A stretch of 64,000 nt of DNA, from contig CBDCVB010000002.1 in assembly GCA_965222895.1 (NCBI GenBank), positions 798,037-862,036 on the forward strand, given 5' to 3'. This DNA comes from Dehalococcoidia bacterium. Lineage in GTDB: Bacteria > Chloroflexota > Dehalococcoidia > Lucifugimonadales > UBA3495. The position numbers and the translations under genes were made by a program. Below the pieces are notes generated by a model, which ran no database searches, was not told the DNA's origin, and worked only from the letters and a program-made list of their open reading frames with translations. Below are positions 62,909 to 64,000 of the stretch, piece by piece. The number at the start of each line of letters is the position of its first letter. Position 1 is the stretch's first letter.

Positions 62909-64000
62909 ATGTCCACGCCTTTGGAAACCACCCCCGCACTGCAACCGCTGCCTCTGCAAGGGCTGCGCGTGCTGGATGCTACGCATATTGTGGCTGGGCC
63001 CTATTGCGCCATGATACTGGCCGATATGGGCGCCGAAGTCATCAAGATCGAACGACCCGGCGTCGGCGACCGGGCCCGGCTAAACGACCCATGGGTTGAT
63101 GGGCCCGACGGCGGCAAGGTCAGCGCGCGCTATCTGGGCGTGAACCGCAACAAGAAGAGTGTGACGCTGGACTTGCGCGACCCGGTGGCCAAGCGGGCCT
63201 TCACCAACATGGTGGCGGTATCGGACGTGCTGCTGGACAACTGGGGACCCGGCGCAATGGAGCGGTTGGGGTTCGGTTACGACCGGCTGGCTGAAATCAA
63301 CCCGGGCATTATCTACGCCAGCATTACCGGATACGGCGATAGCGACGGGTTGCGGGGCCCCTACTCCAACTGGCCGGCCAACAATCCCTGCGTGCAGGGT
63401 ATGGGCGGCTGGATGGCGATGACCGGAGCGCCGGAGAGCGGCCCGCAGATGGTGGGCGACAATGTTGGCGATTCGGTGCCGGGCGTCTGGACGGCGCTGG
63501 GGGTGATGCTGGCGCTGGAATCCCGCCGCAAAACCGGCTTGGGTCAGCACGTCGATATGGCGATGTACGATTGCATGGTGGCCCACACCACCAGCAGTAT
63601 GCCGCTGTATCAATCTACCGGGCAAGTTACGACCACGGCTCGGGAGAATATGTTCTCGGCGCAACTGGCGCTGCGTGCCTCGGATGGCTACGTCGTGCTG
63701 GCCGGGGCGGGCGATGCCGACGACAAGTGGCGGGCGATGTGGAATCTCGCCGGCCGCCCGGAGTTGGCCGACGACCCGCGCTATCTGGGTCGCGGCGTTA
63801 CCGGGCCGTTCTACTTCAGCCACATCGTGCCGGCCATCGAAGAATGGTCGCAACACATACCCAAACGGGAGCTTAACCAGCAGCTGCTGGACTGCGGCTT
63901 TTCCATGGGCATCGTGCAGGACGCGGCCGACCTGGACGGCTGCGAGCATCTGGCGGTGCGCAACATGTTCATCGACAGCGGTGATACCTATGGGCGCCCG
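62909..64000 (+). CDS. CaiB/BaiF-family (class III) CoA-transferase, 3' end beyond the window
   Basis: The frame starting at ATG 62909 gives MSTPLETTPALQPLPLQGLRVLDATHIVAGPYCAMILADMGAEVIKIERPGVGD.. and stays open to the window end. It is missing from the ORF track only because it has no stop. Confidence 0.85.
   Translation, partial: MSTPLETTPALQPLPLQGLRVLDATHIVAGPYCAMILADMGAEVIKIERPGVGDRARLNDPWVDGPDGGKVSARYLGVNRNKKSVTLDLRDPVAKRAFTNMVAVSDVLLDNWGPGAMERLGFGYDRLAEINPGIIYASITGYGDSDGLRGPYSNWPANNPCVQGMGGWMAMTGAPESGPQMVGDNVGDSVPGVWTALGVMLALESRRKTGLGQHVDMAMYDCMVAHTTSSMPLYQSTGQVTTTARENMFSAQLALRASDGYVVLAGAGDADDKWRAMWNLAGRPELADDPRYLGRGVTGPFYFSHIVPAIEEWSQHIPKRELNQQLLDCGFSMGIVQDAADLDGCEHLAVRNMFIDSGDTYGRP

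Noticed and set aside
62866-63099. A 77-aa track ORF at the start of the CoA-transferase region.
   Set aside because: It is out of frame with the CaiB-family reading frame (ATG at 62909), which carries the LRVLDATHIVAGPYC signature and stays open to the window end.

Overview
This is a 64-kb, roughly 60% GC, densely coding bacterial chromosomal segment. The gene content suggests a Chloroflexota-like, possibly SAR202-type, genome, but that is inference only. Supporting content: an 11-subunit nuo operon without nuoEFG, a giant DUF2298 'YYY' membrane protein, a long Bacillus-type SRP RNA, an LLM oxidoreductase, a CaiB CoA-transferase, a TRAP binding protein and several Uma2 nucleases. The left end (1-7.2 kb) is a decayed integrative-island remnant at tRNA-Ser(GGA). 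It holds a P4-type integrase truncated by two head-to-tail IS630 copies, an intact ISAs1 element with flanking direct repeats, a DUF3179 pseudogene and a DUF3800 gene. The rest is mostly housekeeping: rplY, fabF, folC, recJ, lgt, ispE, rsmA, SRP RNA, speH-speE, trmD, nuoABCDHIJKLMN, eno, gap, rplI-dnaB-dnaD-like-dnaC-like, tenA and tRNA-Pro/Arg/Asp. The observations most worth follow-up are: (1) the nuo operon lacks nuoEFG and carries five extra co-oriented genes at three internal junctions: two HicB/UPF0150-fold genes, two tandem Uma2 nucleases and one Cys/Lys-rich mini-protein. (2) A B12-domain radical-SAM gene with an amphipathic-repeat tail is translationally coupled to a second KAS-II paralog. 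(3) A candidate UGSC-motif selenoprotein is split by an in-frame TGA, in an operon with an unknown 343-aa protein. (4) A helicase-loader protein has two tandem DnaC/IstB AAA+ modules downstream of dnaB. (5) A 148-bp MITE family has 10-bp target duplications, and a second MITE type is present. All calls rest on reading the sequence and ORF translations; no database search was run.
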